Shown here: positions 36,401 through 44,900 of the stretch, piece by piece | Layout of the letters: each line of letters begins with the position of its first letter | Numbering within the stretch: the stretch's first letter is position 1 | NCBI GenBank assembly: GCA_964384105.1 | Contig: CAYLJV010000005.1 | Coordinates: forward strand, 1 to 64,000 | DNA from: Candidatus Hadarchaeota archaeon | GTDB taxonomy: Archaea; Hadarchaeota; Hadarchaeia; Hadarchaeales; JAGGTB01 | DNA length: 64,000 bases | Direction of reading: 5' to 3' | Position numbers and translations under genes: made by a program | The notes under the pieces: model-generated | Seen by the model: only the letters and a program-made list of their open reading frames with translations | Told to the model about the DNA's origin: nothing | Databases searched by the model: none

Positions 36401-38357
36401 AGTAAAAAAAGCTATTGAGATTAGTGAAGGAGATAGAATCCCTATTTCTTTGAAAACTCCTATTGAGACAAAAATAGATAACCTAAACCTAGCTAGAGAA
36501 CTCTCTACTTTAGAAGAAGAAAAACTTATGCAGATAAGAATAAGAAACGTTGAAGAATTTTTTGTTCAGATTATGGAGGAAATAGGAAAGAAAAAGCTTT
36601 ACGAAATCTGTGGAGGTGCGAAGAGCTTTCCAAAAAGTTTGTCGGATTGGTACAAGAGTGTGCCTTTGTTACATTTCAAGAAGATATGTAGTGAGGGTGT
36701 AAGAGATTACGAGGATTTACCTAAAGATGCGAAACTGGGTATTAGACGAGATAGTGTTGCACTCCCCTGTTACATTGAAGATATACTTTCATTGTTCTGG
36801 CTTTTAGGGATGTATTGTGCAGAAGGCTGGTCTAGATCAACAGAAAGTTCTCATCAGGTCTCTTTTAGAATAGGAAATGAAAGGTTGAGAGAAAGAGTAA
36901 AATCTGCTATAAAAAGCGTTTTTGGACTAGATCCATATGAGAAAAATGGAAAGCTTACATATTCCTCAAAGATACTCCGGTTCCTTATTTCGAATGTTTG
37001 GAATGCGGGTTCTTCTGCTTACGAGAAAAAAGTTCCAGAAATAGTTTACCATGGCGATGACGAGAAAGTGAAGGCTTTCCTATCTGCTTATTTTGATGGG
37101 GACGGAAGCATTAGTCTTTCCCCCGATAGAGTAACTTTCTATTCAGTTTCGAAGAAGCTTTTGGAGGGAATCTCAAATCTACTTTTGAGAGTTGATGTAT
37201 TCTCACGGTATCTAAGAACCGGTTTGAGAGAGCCGGGAAGAACGGTGGCTAGGAAATACAAAAAACGTGGGAAGGAACCTGTAGAACATCGTTTGTATCA
37301 TTTAGTATTGACGGGGGAGGATAGGTATAAATTCGCTTCTTATGTCCAACCTGTCTCTGAAAAGAAGCGAGATAGAGCTTCTAAAATGGCAGAATTTTCA
37401 CCCGAGAATGCTAAGAGGCTTATAAATTACAAGGGTAAAAATTACGAAGCAACCCCCTCTAGCGATTATACTTTTGATGTAGTTAAGGGAACTTCGGTAT
37501 TGAAAACACGGGGTGAAAAAACTTATTGTATTGATGTAGATGGGGAAGAAATATTGGACAAAAATGTTCTCTGGCATAATCAACTTGTACAATTACGATG
37601 TGATGGCGATGAAGATGCGATAATGTTGCTTCTCGATGGCCTCTTGAATTTCAGTCGTTATTACCTTCCTGAGACTCGAGGCGGGAAAATGGATGCTCCG
37701 CTTGTTTTAACTCCTCACTTGGACCCTTCTGAAATAGATGACGAGGCACACAATCTCGACGTGGACGAGATTTATCCATTGGAATTCTATGAGGCTTCTT
37801 TACTTTACGAGAATCCCAGTAAACTATCTTCAAAGATTGGAATTGCCGAGAATAGGTTGGGTACTGAGGAGCAATATAAAAATCTCAGTTTTTCTGAAGC
37901 CCATAATCCTACATCTATTTCTGCAGGTCCTACGTCCTGCCGATACAAGTCTTTGGGTCCTATGGAAGAAAAGACAGATTCTCAACTTTCCTTAGCAAGA
38001 AAAATTCGTGCTGTTGACGAATCTGATGTAGTTGAAAGGTTGATCGAGAACCATTTTATTCCAGATCTAAAAGGTAATCTCAGAGCTTTCTCTCGTCAAA
38101 AGTTCCGTTGCGCTTCGTGTAATTCAAAATACAGGCGGGTTCCTCTTACTGGTAAGTGTACTAATTGTGGTGAGAATTTGATCTTGACGGTCACTAAGGG
38201 AGGAGTAGAGAAGTATATAGATGTAGCTAGAAGGGTTGCTGGAGAATATGGGGCCTCTCAGTATACTAAACAGAGGCTGAGACTAGTCGAAGAGGAGATC
38301 GAGTCCGTCTTTGTCAGTGATATAAAAGAGCAGCTGAGTCTGGCAGATTTTGTATAG
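33426..38357 (+). CDS. polC: DNA polymerase D large subunit DP2 with intein (likely CTG start at 33426)
   Basis: AGPIRSAGGT, GGFRLRYGR, RMGRPEK, HAAKRRN/CDGDED, C-terminal PIP-like QLSLADF. Confidence 0.97.
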   Translation: MKDYFSILDEGLEKAYETAKKARKRGFDPKDEPEIPLAEDLAARVEKLAGPEGVAEAIRDLEKDYSREDLTFKIAEMIVDDEFGHLSDSEAAEQSVRTCLAIITEGVAAAAPIEGITKVDIKENFDGSLYLAIYFAGPIRSAGGTAAALAVLLGDFVRRKMNLSSYEPSDLEVERFVEEVNIYGDTVGLQYTPREDEVREAYQNIPVEVTGEPTEQEVVTGYRNLERVETNRVRGGAVLAIAEGVLQKAPKILKHLDNLGLGGWEWLSDLQKPSSSEEEEKQKYPKGDKYLKDIIAGRAVFSHPGRPGGFRLRYGRARNTGLAAAGVHPATMRILDDHISTGIQLKTERPGKATAVSPVDSIEGPTVLLKDGSVIRLDSASVAKDIKDDVKEILSLGDILFGYGEFLENNHPLMPSGYCQEWWSLEVKKELKNKDFEEDLAPYLEPPFETPSPGLALEVSRNLDVPLHPDFTFNYHDLEIEEIERLGNWLASCDASFEGEILGNLRGNLDKDSKRMLEVLEVPHDVEGDEIIIGEESLPLCESLGLVEGENLNSNRLSSAVRENSELDTVDLLNLVAGFPIREKAPTRIGARMGRPEKTNPRKMSPPPHVLFPIGWAGGNTRNVGKASDKENVQIEVAHCECPECGEVTILNKCPSCGTRTEMTRYCTKCERPSKEENCVACGGRATFYREREVDLKSFLNDALGRLEEGIPGTLKGVKGMTSAYKLPEPLEKGILRSKHDVYVFKDGTIRFDATDLPLTHFYPREIDVSVERLREMGYTEDYRGDPLENENQILELKVQDILLSKSATGYLLKTAQFVDDLLEKFYDLPPFYNANEKEDLIGHLVIGLAPHTSAGITGRIIGFSEANVGYAHPYFHAAKRRNCFNYDHRVFFYDESVDKFVTSKVGELVENRFQNKEPIPLDNFGTEKVCSDGNLYAYVLDRESGKLVKKPINCFIRGRTEKWVNITTSTNRELKVTPGHNISVMEDGELRVKKAIEISEGDRIPISLKTPIETKIDNLNLARELSTLEEEKLMQIRIRNVEEFFVQIMEEIGKKKLYEICGGAKSFPKSLSDWYKSVPLLHFKKICSEGVRDYEDLPKDAKLGIRRDSVALPCYIEDILSLFWLLGMYCAEGWSRSTESSHQVSFRIGNERLRERVKSAIKSVFGLDPYEKNGKLTYSSKILRFLISNVWNAGSSAYEKKVPEIVYHGDDEKVKAFLSAYFDGDGSISLSPDRVTFYSVSKKLLEGISNLLLRVDVFSRYLRTGLREPGRTVARKYKKRGKEPVEHRLYHLVLTGEDRYKFASYVQPVSEKKRDRASKMAEFSPENAKRLINYKGKNYEATPSSDYTFDVVKGTSVLKTRGEKTYCIDVDGEEILDKNVLWHNQLVQLRCDGDEDAIMLLLDGLLNFSRYYLPETRGGKMDAPLVLTPHLDPSEIDDEAHNLDVDEIYPLEFYEASLLYENPSKLSSKIGIAENRLGTEEQYKNLSFSEAHNPTSISAGPTSCRYKSLGPMEEKTDSQLSLARKIRAVDESDVVERLIENHFIPDLKGNLRAFSRQKFRCASCNSKYRRVPLTGKCTNCGENLILTVTKGGVEKYIDVARRVAGEYGASQYTKQRLRLVEEEIESVFVSDIKEQLSLADFV
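36075..37598 (+). mobile_element. 508-aa intein with LAGLIDADG homing endonuclease in DP2; atypical C-terminal Arg
   Basis: Splits KRRN|CDGDED; begins with Cys; block B VTPGH; LGMYCAEG and FLSAYFDGDG; block F TYCIDV; ends VQLR. Confidence 0.92.
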
Positions 38358-38380
38358 TTTGTTACACCCATAACAAAAAA
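38358..38380 (-). repeat. Dispersed palindromic element, copy 7 (inverted; abuts the DP2 stop)
   Basis: TTTGTTACACCCATAACAAAAAA is the reverse complement of the family sequence. Confidence 0.95.
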
Positions 38381-38402
38381 TTCTCATTGTTTTCTCGAGG
38401 TT

Positions 38403-39914
38403 TTGATAGTTGAAATTTATAATCTCTGGACAATACCAATAGAAATGATGAGGTACGAGAGCACTAGAAAGAATTACAGAAAGGTTGCCTCTTCGGAAGC
38501 AGTCCAGTTAGGTATGGTTCCGACAGGTGGTCTTTTTGTCCCTGAGGAGCTCCCTGAACTCTCTGAAAAGGAACTCGAGGGGATGTTGGATGAGAGCTAT
38601 CAGGAAAGAGCTTTTAGAATATTGAGAAAGTTTTTAACTGATTTTCCAATAGAGACTCTAAGGGAGATAGTTCTCAATTCTTATGGGCAAAATTTTGATT
38701 CAGAGGAAATAGCTCCAATAGCGAAGCTTGACAAAGAAGTCTATCTTTTAGAGCTTTGGCATGGACCAACGGCGGCTTTTAAGGATTTAGCTCTTCAATT
38801 TATGCCCCGCTTGCTTTCTAAAGCGATAGATAGAGAGACCGTTATTCTTGTGGCTACTTCAGGTGATACGGGCAAGGCCGCCTTGGAGGGTTTTAAAGAC
38901 GTAGAAGGTACGAAAATCATAGTTTTCTATCCAAAAGATGGCGTTAGTAAAATGCAGGAGCTTCAGATGGTCACTACAGGAGGTGGAAACACAGCAGTTG
39001 TGGCTCTTGAAGGGAACTTTGACGATTGTCAAAACGGAGTAAAGGAGATATTTTCTGATCAAGAATTTAAGAAACAGTTTGATCAAGCTTTCTCTTCTGC
39101 AAATTCTATAAATTGGGGGCGACTGGCTCCACAAATAGTTTACTGGTTTTCAGCTTATTCAGATCTTTGTAATGAGGGAGAGATAGATTTCGGAGAGAAG
39201 ATAGACATAATTGTGCCTACTGGGAACTTTGGTAACATCCTCTCTTCTTACTACGCCTACCGGATGGGTCTCCCTGTGGATAATTTTGTGTGTGCATCTA
39301 ATGAAAATAATATATTAACGGACTTCCTAAGAACGGGAGTTTATGATACTTCTAGAGAATTTAAAAAGACTATAAGTCCAGCAATGGATATTCTTATCTC
39401 TTCTAATCTTGAACGTTTTCTCTTCCATGTTTCAAACGGTAGTGCAGAAAAGATTAGAGGATGGTACGAAGATCTTGATGAAAGAGGAAAGTTTGTAGTT
39501 GATAAGAGAGTCAAAGAAAAGATAAATGGCTTTTTTTATGGTGAGTACGCGACCCAGAGAGAAACATTAGAAACTATCTCGGATACTTTCGAAGAGTACG
39601 ATTATCTTTTGGATCCTCACACTGCAGTTGGAGTCAAATGCTACTATAAGTACAGAGAGAAACTCGATAACAATAAGAAGGCTTTAGTCGCTTCTACGGC
39701 AAATCCCTTTAAGTTCGCGCCTGCTGTTTTGAGGGCCTTGACTGGAGAAGAGCATGAAAAGGATGTTTTTGAAACTTTGGAAAGATTGAAGGAAATAACC
39801 GGCTTGGAGATACATAGAGGTTTAAAAGATTTGAAAAATAAGAGTATCGAACATTGCTATACCAGTACTAAAAGTGGCATTAGAGAAACAATCAGAGAAG
39901 TACTCTCAAAATAA
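38403..39914 (+). CDS. thrC: Threonine synthase (long, bacterial/fungal type; true start probably about 38445)
   Basis: YESTR, GGLFVP, ELWHGPTAAFKD, ATSGDTG, SANSINWGR, VPTGNFGN. Confidence 0.95.
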   Translation: MIVEIYNLWTIPIEMMRYESTRKNYRKVASSEAVQLGMVPTGGLFVPEELPELSEKELEGMLDESYQERAFRILRKFLTDFPIETLREIVLNSYGQNFDSEEIAPIAKLDKEVYLLELWHGPTAAFKDLALQFMPRLLSKAIDRETVILVATSGDTGKAALEGFKDVEGTKIIVFYPKDGVSKMQELQMVTTGGGNTAVVALEGNFDDCQNGVKEIFSDQEFKKQFDQAFSSANSINWGRLAPQIVYWFSAYSDLCNEGEIDFGEKIDIIVPTGNFGNILSSYYAYRMGLPVDNFVCASNENNILTDFLRTGVYDTSREFKKTISPAMDILISSNLERFLFHVSNGSAEKIRGWYEDLDERGKFVVDKRVKEKINGFFYGEYATQRETLETISDTFEEYDYLLDPHTAVGVKCYYKYREKLDNNKKALVASTANPFKFAPAVLRALTGEEHEKDVFETLERLKEITGLEIHRGLKDLKNKSIEHCYTSTKSGIRETIREVLSK

Positions 39915-39920
39915 CGGCTA

Positions 39921-40640
39921 TTATTTTTCTTGGAAAGATATTCCTTCCTTTGTGGCACTTGCTTCCAATAAATAAGTCAATAAATCTTCGAAGCCATCCC
40001 AATTTTCAGAAGATACGAAAGGAAATACTGTAGAACGAGACACTTCTGATATCATATCTGCTATGTCTATATTCATCTGGACCCCCATCTTAAAGTTTCC
40101 AGTCTCTCTTATCATTCGAGGATCGGTCATTAGTCTCTCTAGTTCTTCAATATTGTTCTCACTCATCAAATCTACTTTATTTATCACTCGGACTACGGGT
40201 TTCTCCATAGAATATTCAGCTGCTAGTGAGTACAAGTACTGACTGGGGTAAGTTCGAGTAGGCGCGGTACCGTCGAAAAGGTATACGACTTGATCTGAGT
40301 AGTCTCTAATCACTTGAGATGCATCTCTGAAAACGAACGGATCGAGTTGACCAGGTGTGTCGATTAGAACAAAGTCGTCTTCGTAGATTGGGAGATCCAA
40401 GTTTATTAGCATGTCAACAGATTTTATTGTGGCTCCGTTTGGCCCCAATCCCTCTTCTTTCATTATTTCCTGTAGTGTATAGTAGTCTCTTACGTCAAAA
40501 TCTGGCTCATAGGGAAGGTCAATTACACCGGAGTCGAGGTTAATTATCCTAATGGAATAATTTTTCTGTAAATATTCTGCGAACGAGGCAGTCATTAGTG
40601 TCTTTCCTGCTCCAGCTGGACCCATAATAAGTATGTTCAT
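39921..40640 (-). CDS. GPN-loop GTPase
   Basis: GPAGAGKT, GLGPNGA, DTPGQ, NKVD. Confidence 0.9.
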   Translation of the reverse strand: MNILIMGPAGAGKTLMTASFAEYLQKNYSIRIINLDSGVIDLPYEPDFDVRDYYTLQEIMKEEGLGPNGATIKSVDMLINLDLPIYEDDFVLIDTPGQLDPFVFRDASQVIRDYSDQVVYLFDGTAPTRTYPSQYLYSLAAEYSMEKPVVRVINKVDLMSENNIEELERLMTDPRMIRETGNFKMGVQMNIDIADMISEVSRSTVFPFVSSENWDGFEDLLTYLLEASATKEGISFQEK

Positions 40641-40676
40641 AGTATCATTCTCTTATCATGTTTCTTTTCTTTGAAT

Positions 40677-41108
40677 TTATACTCCGGTGGAACCAAAGCC
40701 ACCTTCTCCTCTATCTGTGTTATCTAACTTTCCTAAGGATATTTTTGGATGTTCTACTCTTGCAAAAACCATTTGAGCTATTCGGTCTCCCCTCTTTATT
40801 GAAATTGTTTCTCCTAGTAAATTTGCTAGTATTACTTTTACTTCACCCCGATATCCTGAGTCTATGGTTCCTGGAGAGTTCAGTACGGTCAATCCAGACA
40901 ATGAAAGGCCACTTCTTGGCCGAACTTGGGCTTCTATACCTTCAGGGATTTTCATTCTCAGTCCTGTTGATACCGCTTTTACCTCTCCCCTTTCTATATT
41001 AGTTTCTTCTGAGGAAAAGAGATCGTATCCTGAATCCCCTTTATGTTGACGTTCAGGTAGCTTTGCGTTTTTATCAATTTTTTCGAAGATAACTTCTTGT
41101 TTGGGCAT
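40677..41108 (-). CDS. dut: dUTPase
   Basis: [36 protein letters not shown]; start at MPKQ. Confidence 0.95.
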   Translation of the reverse strand: MPKQEVIFEKIDKNAKLPERQHKGDSGYDLFSSEETNIERGEVKAVSTGLRMKIPEGIEAQVRPRSGLSLSGLTVLNSPGTIDSGYRGEVKVILANLLGETISIKRGDRIAQMVFARVEHPKISLGKLDNTDRGEGGFGSTGV

Positions 41109-41229
41109 ATTACACTCCTCTTTGAACCTGTTTTCGTATTTGGTTTTAAGGTGATTCTTTTTAGTATTGATCAAAACTTTTATGACTTGTCAGCTTTATT
41201 AGCTAATTTTCTTTATTTAAGATTAATAA

Positions 41230-41318
41230 GCCGGGGTGGCAGAATCTGGCTAATGCGCCGGCCTCGAGAGCCGGTGGCCTTCGTGGCCATCTGGGTTCAA
41301 ATCCCAGCCCCGGCGCCA
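41230..41318 (+). tRNA. tRNA-Ser(CGA), integration target
   Basis: GCCGGGG/CCCCGGC acceptor, CCGGC-CTCGAGA-GCCGG anticodon arm, long variable arm, GTTCAAATC, encoded CCA. Confidence 0.95.
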
Positions 41319-41323
41319 TTTTT
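41302..41323 (+). repeat. attL (tRNA-Ser 3' end)
   Basis: TCCCAGCCCCGGCGCCATTTTT. Confidence 0.92.
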
Positions 41324-41364
41324 GCCCGTAAATTTATTAGTGTTATCTTACATAATTTTACTCG

Positions 41365-41883
41365 ATGTCTAAGACGGACACGATAAAGCAGAGACGTGTG
41401 GACGTTTATCTCGATTCTCTTGAGAGGAAGAAGGAGCTGAAGGAAATAGCCGAGGAGGAGGATATTTCTCTTTCTAAGTTCATTCAGCGTTGTATTGAGT
41501 ATGCGATGGATCAGGGAGGGCCGGATCTTACTGAAACTGGCGCAGCAAAAAAGAAAGTTGAGAGTTTAGAGGAGGAGGTTTCTGAGCTTCGGAGGAAGTT
41601 GGAGCGGAAGGATAAGGTTATCGAGCGGCTTGAGGATGAGTTGAGGAAGTATAGGTTGGAAAAGTTTTCTGGGGAGGAGTTTGAGGGTGTTAGGGAGTTT
41701 GATGAGGAGTTGGTGGAGGTTTTGAAGGAGGATGGTTGGCATAATGATGAGGAGATTTTGAGGAGGCTTGATGTTGATCCTAAGAATTCTGATCTGGTTT
41801 CTGCTGTGAGGAGGCAGTTGGAACAGCTTGAGAATTATGGTTTGGTTAGATCGGGTAAGATGGGTTGGAGGTGGGAGGGATGA
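41365..41883 (+). CDS. Integrase-associated DNA-binding protein (RHH-like, coiled coil, wHTH-like)
   Basis: RVDVYL..SLSKFI, coiled coil, QLEQLENYGLV..GWRW; stop overlaps the integrase ATG. Confidence 0.7.
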   Translation: MSKTDTIKQRRVDVYLDSLERKKELKEIAEEEDISLSKFIQRCIEYAMDQGGPDLTETGAAKKKVESLEEEVSELRRKLERKDKVIERLEDELRKYRLEKFSGEEFEGVREFDEELVEVLKEDGWHNDEEILRRLDVDPKNSDLVSAVRRQLEQLENYGLVRSGKMGWRWEG

Positions 41884-42851
41884 AGGCTGAATATAAAATC
41901 TCTGAAGGTGGGGAGGCTGGTTCTGATTTGATTGAAGGTTTTTTGAAGGATTTGGAGGTTCAGGGAAAGAGTGAAGGGACGGTTAGGGATTATAGGACTT
42001 ATGTTTCTAGGTTTGCAGAGTTTCTTGAAGAGGAGGATTCTGTTTCTTTTGAGGAGGTTGGGACTGGGTGTTTGAGGGATTTTATTGGTTATCTTCGTGA
42101 GGAGCGGGGTCTTTCTGAGAAGACTATTGGTAATTATTTTTCTGGTCTTTCGAGTTTTTACGAGTATTTGAAGTTTGAGGGTTTGGTTGATGGTAATCCT
42201 GTTTTACCGGTGAGGAAGCGTTACGTTAAGGTTTCTAACGGTAATTCTGGCGGTTCTAAGAGGCAGTTGATTTCTGTGGAGGAGATGGCTATGCTTGTGA
42301 ACAGTATTTTGAATTCTAGGGATCGAGCGTTGGTTGTGCTTTTGGCTAAGACCGGTGTTAGGCGGAATGAGTTGTCGGCTATTGATGTTTCTGATATTGA
42401 TTTGGAAGATCAGTCTATTCGGCTTAAGGAGAAGTTTAGGGAGGGTAAGCGTTCGAATTTGACTGTGTTTTTCGATGATGAATGTGCTAGGGTTTTGAGG
42501 AGATGGTTGGATGAGAGGGGGGAGTGGTTGAAGGAGGAGGATACGGATGCTTTATTCTTGAATAATTATGGTACTAGGTTGAAACGTCATGGGATTCAGT
42601 ATGCGGTTAGGAAACATGCGGAGCGAGTAGGATTACATGACCCGGATAGTGATGATTTGAAGGATAAATTCACTGCTCATTGTTGTAGACATTGGTTCAC
42701 TACTCATTTGCGTAGGAATGGTATGCCTAGGGAGCATATTAAGGAGCTTCGAGGAGATTCGAGGGGTGAGGCGATGGATATTTATCATCATATTGATAAG
42801 AAGGAGCTTAGAGAGTCTTATTTGGCTCATATTCCTAGTTTGGGTCTTTGA
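41880..42851 (+). CDS. Tyrosine recombinase/integrase
   Basis: KTGVRRNEL (R), HCCRH (HxxR), LRGD, MDIY (Y); N-terminal core-binding domain. Confidence 0.95.
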   Translation: MKAEYKISEGGEAGSDLIEGFLKDLEVQGKSEGTVRDYRTYVSRFAEFLEEEDSVSFEEVGTGCLRDFIGYLREERGLSEKTIGNYFSGLSSFYEYLKFEGLVDGNPVLPVRKRYVKVSNGNSGGSKRQLISVEEMAMLVNSILNSRDRALVVLLAKTGVRRNELSAIDVSDIDLEDQSIRLKEKFREGKRSNLTVFFDDECARVLRRWLDERGEWLKEEDTDALFLNNYGTRLKRHGIQYAVRKHAERVGLHDPDSDDLKDKFTAHCCRHWFTTHLRRNGMPREHIKELRGDSRGEAMDIYHHIDKKELRESYLAHIPSLGL

Positions 42852-42868
42852 ATTTCTTTTCCGGATTT

Positions 42869-43285
42869 TTATTTGATGTTTAGGTGTTTGATGAGTTCAG
42901 ATGTTTTCCAGGCGTTTACTTTTTCTTGTTTTTGGAAGTGTTTGTCGTCTGACCATATGTCTGCGTCTAGGTGTAGGGCTAGGGCTAGAAATGGTACGTC
43001 GTCTGGGTCGATTTCTCCGATGATTTTTTCGGCTTGGGGTAGTGGGTTTTTGAATTCTGGTTTTGGTGTGATGTTGATTTGTTCGAGGATTATGTTGAGT
43101 AATAGTTGTAGGTCGGGTTTGTCTAGTTTTGTCTTGTTCTTGATTTCGTTTTGATGATTTTTGAGTTCGGTGAAGGTGTATTCTGGGGCGTGTAGGTTTT
43201 GATTGTCTGTTATGATGATTTTTCTTGTTTTCCCTCCGGCTATTAGGGCTGAGAAGAGGATGTTTGTGTCTATGACTAGTTTCAT
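42869..43285 (-). CDS. vapC: PIN-domain toxin (VapC-like)
   Basis: MKLVIDTNIL, DPDDVPFLALA, WSDDKH; ATG overlaps the antitoxin stop. Confidence 0.9.
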   Translation of the reverse strand: MKLVIDTNILFSALIAGGKTRKIIITDNQNLHAPEYTFTELKNHQNEIKNKTKLDKPDLQLLLNIILEQINITPKPEFKNPLPQAEKIIGEIDPDDVPFLALALHLDADIWSDDKHFQKQEKVNAWKTSELIKHLNIK

Positions 43286-43518
43286 GTGGTTTCCCTGTAG
43301 TGTTTTGCTATGTTGTGTTTGAGGTTTTTGCTCAGTTCTTCTGCTCCTTCTTCTGTTAGTTTGCTTTCTGAGGCTATTTTTTCTGCGACTTCTAGTTTGC
43401 GTATGTAGGTCCACATGGATTGTCTGGCGACTTCGCTCCAGTTTATTTCTGGGTGGTTGTCGATTTCTTTTTTCAGGTCTTCGGGGATTCTTATCGTCAT
43501 GTTCGGCACACTAATCAC
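43282..43518 (-). CDS. vapB: Ribbon-helix-helix antitoxin (VapB-like)
   Basis: NMTIRIPEDLKKEI..INWSEVAR; upstream of and overlapping the PIN gene. Confidence 0.85.
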   Translation of the reverse strand: MISVPNMTIRIPEDLKKEIDNHPEINWSEVARQSMWTYIRKLEVAEKIASESKLTEEGAEELSKNLKHNIAKHYRETT

Positions 43519-43583
43519 CAGTGCATATATGTGTATGCAAATACTAATAAGTTTGATTATCAGGGTTTGAATTGCTTCGGGTG

Positions 43584-44255
43584 TTATTTGTTTAGTACTT
43601 TTTTCTTGAGTTCCTCTACAATTTTTGAAGGTAAATAATCGAGTGAGGTTTGTGGTAGGCCTCTTATTCCTAGGATGAAGTATTTTTTGTTTTCTTTTGC
43701 CTTTTTAACTGTATCTTTGGATAGTAGGTCTTTTTGAGGGTATTGGAAGAGTCTGTTTACGAGTGGTCCGGCTAGTGCTTTGCTGTATATGGGTAGGTAT
43801 TTTTCGTATAGGATTTTGGAGTTGTATTTTCCTATTTCTTCTAGTTCTTGTGAGAATAGTTCTCGGACTTGTTTTTTGGTTGGTAGTTCGATTGTGAAGT
43901 ATTCTGGTAGTGCGCAGCTGAGTGAGATGTCCCAGATTGCGTTAACGTCTGGCATGTCTGCGGTTCCTATTTTGTTTAGGATTTTGCTGTAGCCTTTGAT
44001 GATTTCTTTGACTGTTTGGAGTTGTTCTTCTTTTATTCCGGCCATTTGATTGAGGTAGTCTGTGTAGACGGTTGTGTCGGATTTGTATTTTTTGATTAGG
44101 TTTCTTCCTCTCCCTCCACTTTCTTTTTCAAAGGTTTCGCTCTTGAGTAGTCCTTCTTTATCCATTTCTCTGATTGTGTTTCCGATGTGTTTTCTCGAAT
44201 AACCTGTGAAGTGTTCGTTTTCATCGTTAAGGTCGTATTCTTCGGCTAGTTTCAT
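43584..44255 (-). CDS. Putative winged-helix regulator (frame stays open about 28 codons further upstream)
   Basis: SRKHIGNTIREMDKEGLL..GGRGR..KKY wHTH-like pattern. Confidence 0.55.
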   Translation of the reverse strand: MKLAEEYDLNDENEHFTGYSRKHIGNTIREMDKEGLLKSETFEKESGGRGRNLIKKYKSDTTVYTDYLNQMAGIKEEQLQTVKEIIKGYSKILNKIGTADMPDVNAIWDISLSCALPEYFTIELPTKKQVRELFSQELEEIGKYNSKILYEKYLPIYSKALAGPLVNRLFQYPQKDLLSKDTVKKAKENKKYFILGIRGLPQTSLDYLPSKIVEELKKKVLNK

Positions 44256-44612
44256 GATGTTGAGTTTTCTCTCTATTAGGGAGAGATAGAGTCTTGATCT
44301 GGTTTCGGAATTGGTTAGTGTTTGCCATCTCGCAAATATTCAAGAAACACCCCCGTTATTTGTTTTTCGTTAATAATTTAGGTTGGTGTTTTATAATGGG
44401 TTTCGGGGAGGGGGACCTGAATGTACTTTAAAAAATTTTATTTGGCTTTGCCCGTCTGATTCCTTATTTTTATGCTTAAAATCATTCTATTTGCAAGCAT
44501 AAATGAACTATATCCCCATCTGATAAGCTTAAACTTCCTTATAGTGCTTATTTAAGCTAAAAATCCTTTAATAGTCCTCTAAATTTATTTTAATACAGAA
44601 TTAGGTCATAAA

Positions 44613-44900
44613 ATGATATCGAATATATTTTCGGATTCTAACTTGAACGGTGAAAGTGCGGGTGAAAGTAAGGTTGTTCGGCTTGGTGTTTGGGAGGAGG
44701 CTAGGGGTTGTTTGAAGGAGATCGATAGTGAAGAGGGTGAAGTCGTTCTTGAGGTCCGTAGAGAGTTCAAGATTAAGCTTCCTCCTCAGAAATTGGACGA
44801 TCTTAAAGGTTCGATTGGTGAGAAAATTAGTGTTCTGAAGACGGATGGGTCGGTTGATGATGATTTTCTGGTAAATATTGAGGGGGATGGGAATGTTTAG
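44613..44900 (+). CDS. Hypothetical protein (beta-rich)
   Basis: 95-aa ORF, first of three overlapping genes. Confidence 0.6.
   Translation: MISNIFSDSNLNGESAGESKVVRLGVWEEARGCLKEIDSEEGEVVLEVRREFKIKLPPQKLDDLKGSIGEKISVLKTDGSVDDDFLVNIEGDGNV

Noticed and set aside
43286-43414. N-terminal extension of the PIN ORF in the track
   Set aside because: Overlaps the antitoxin; the real start is the ATG at 43285 coupled to the antitoxin stop
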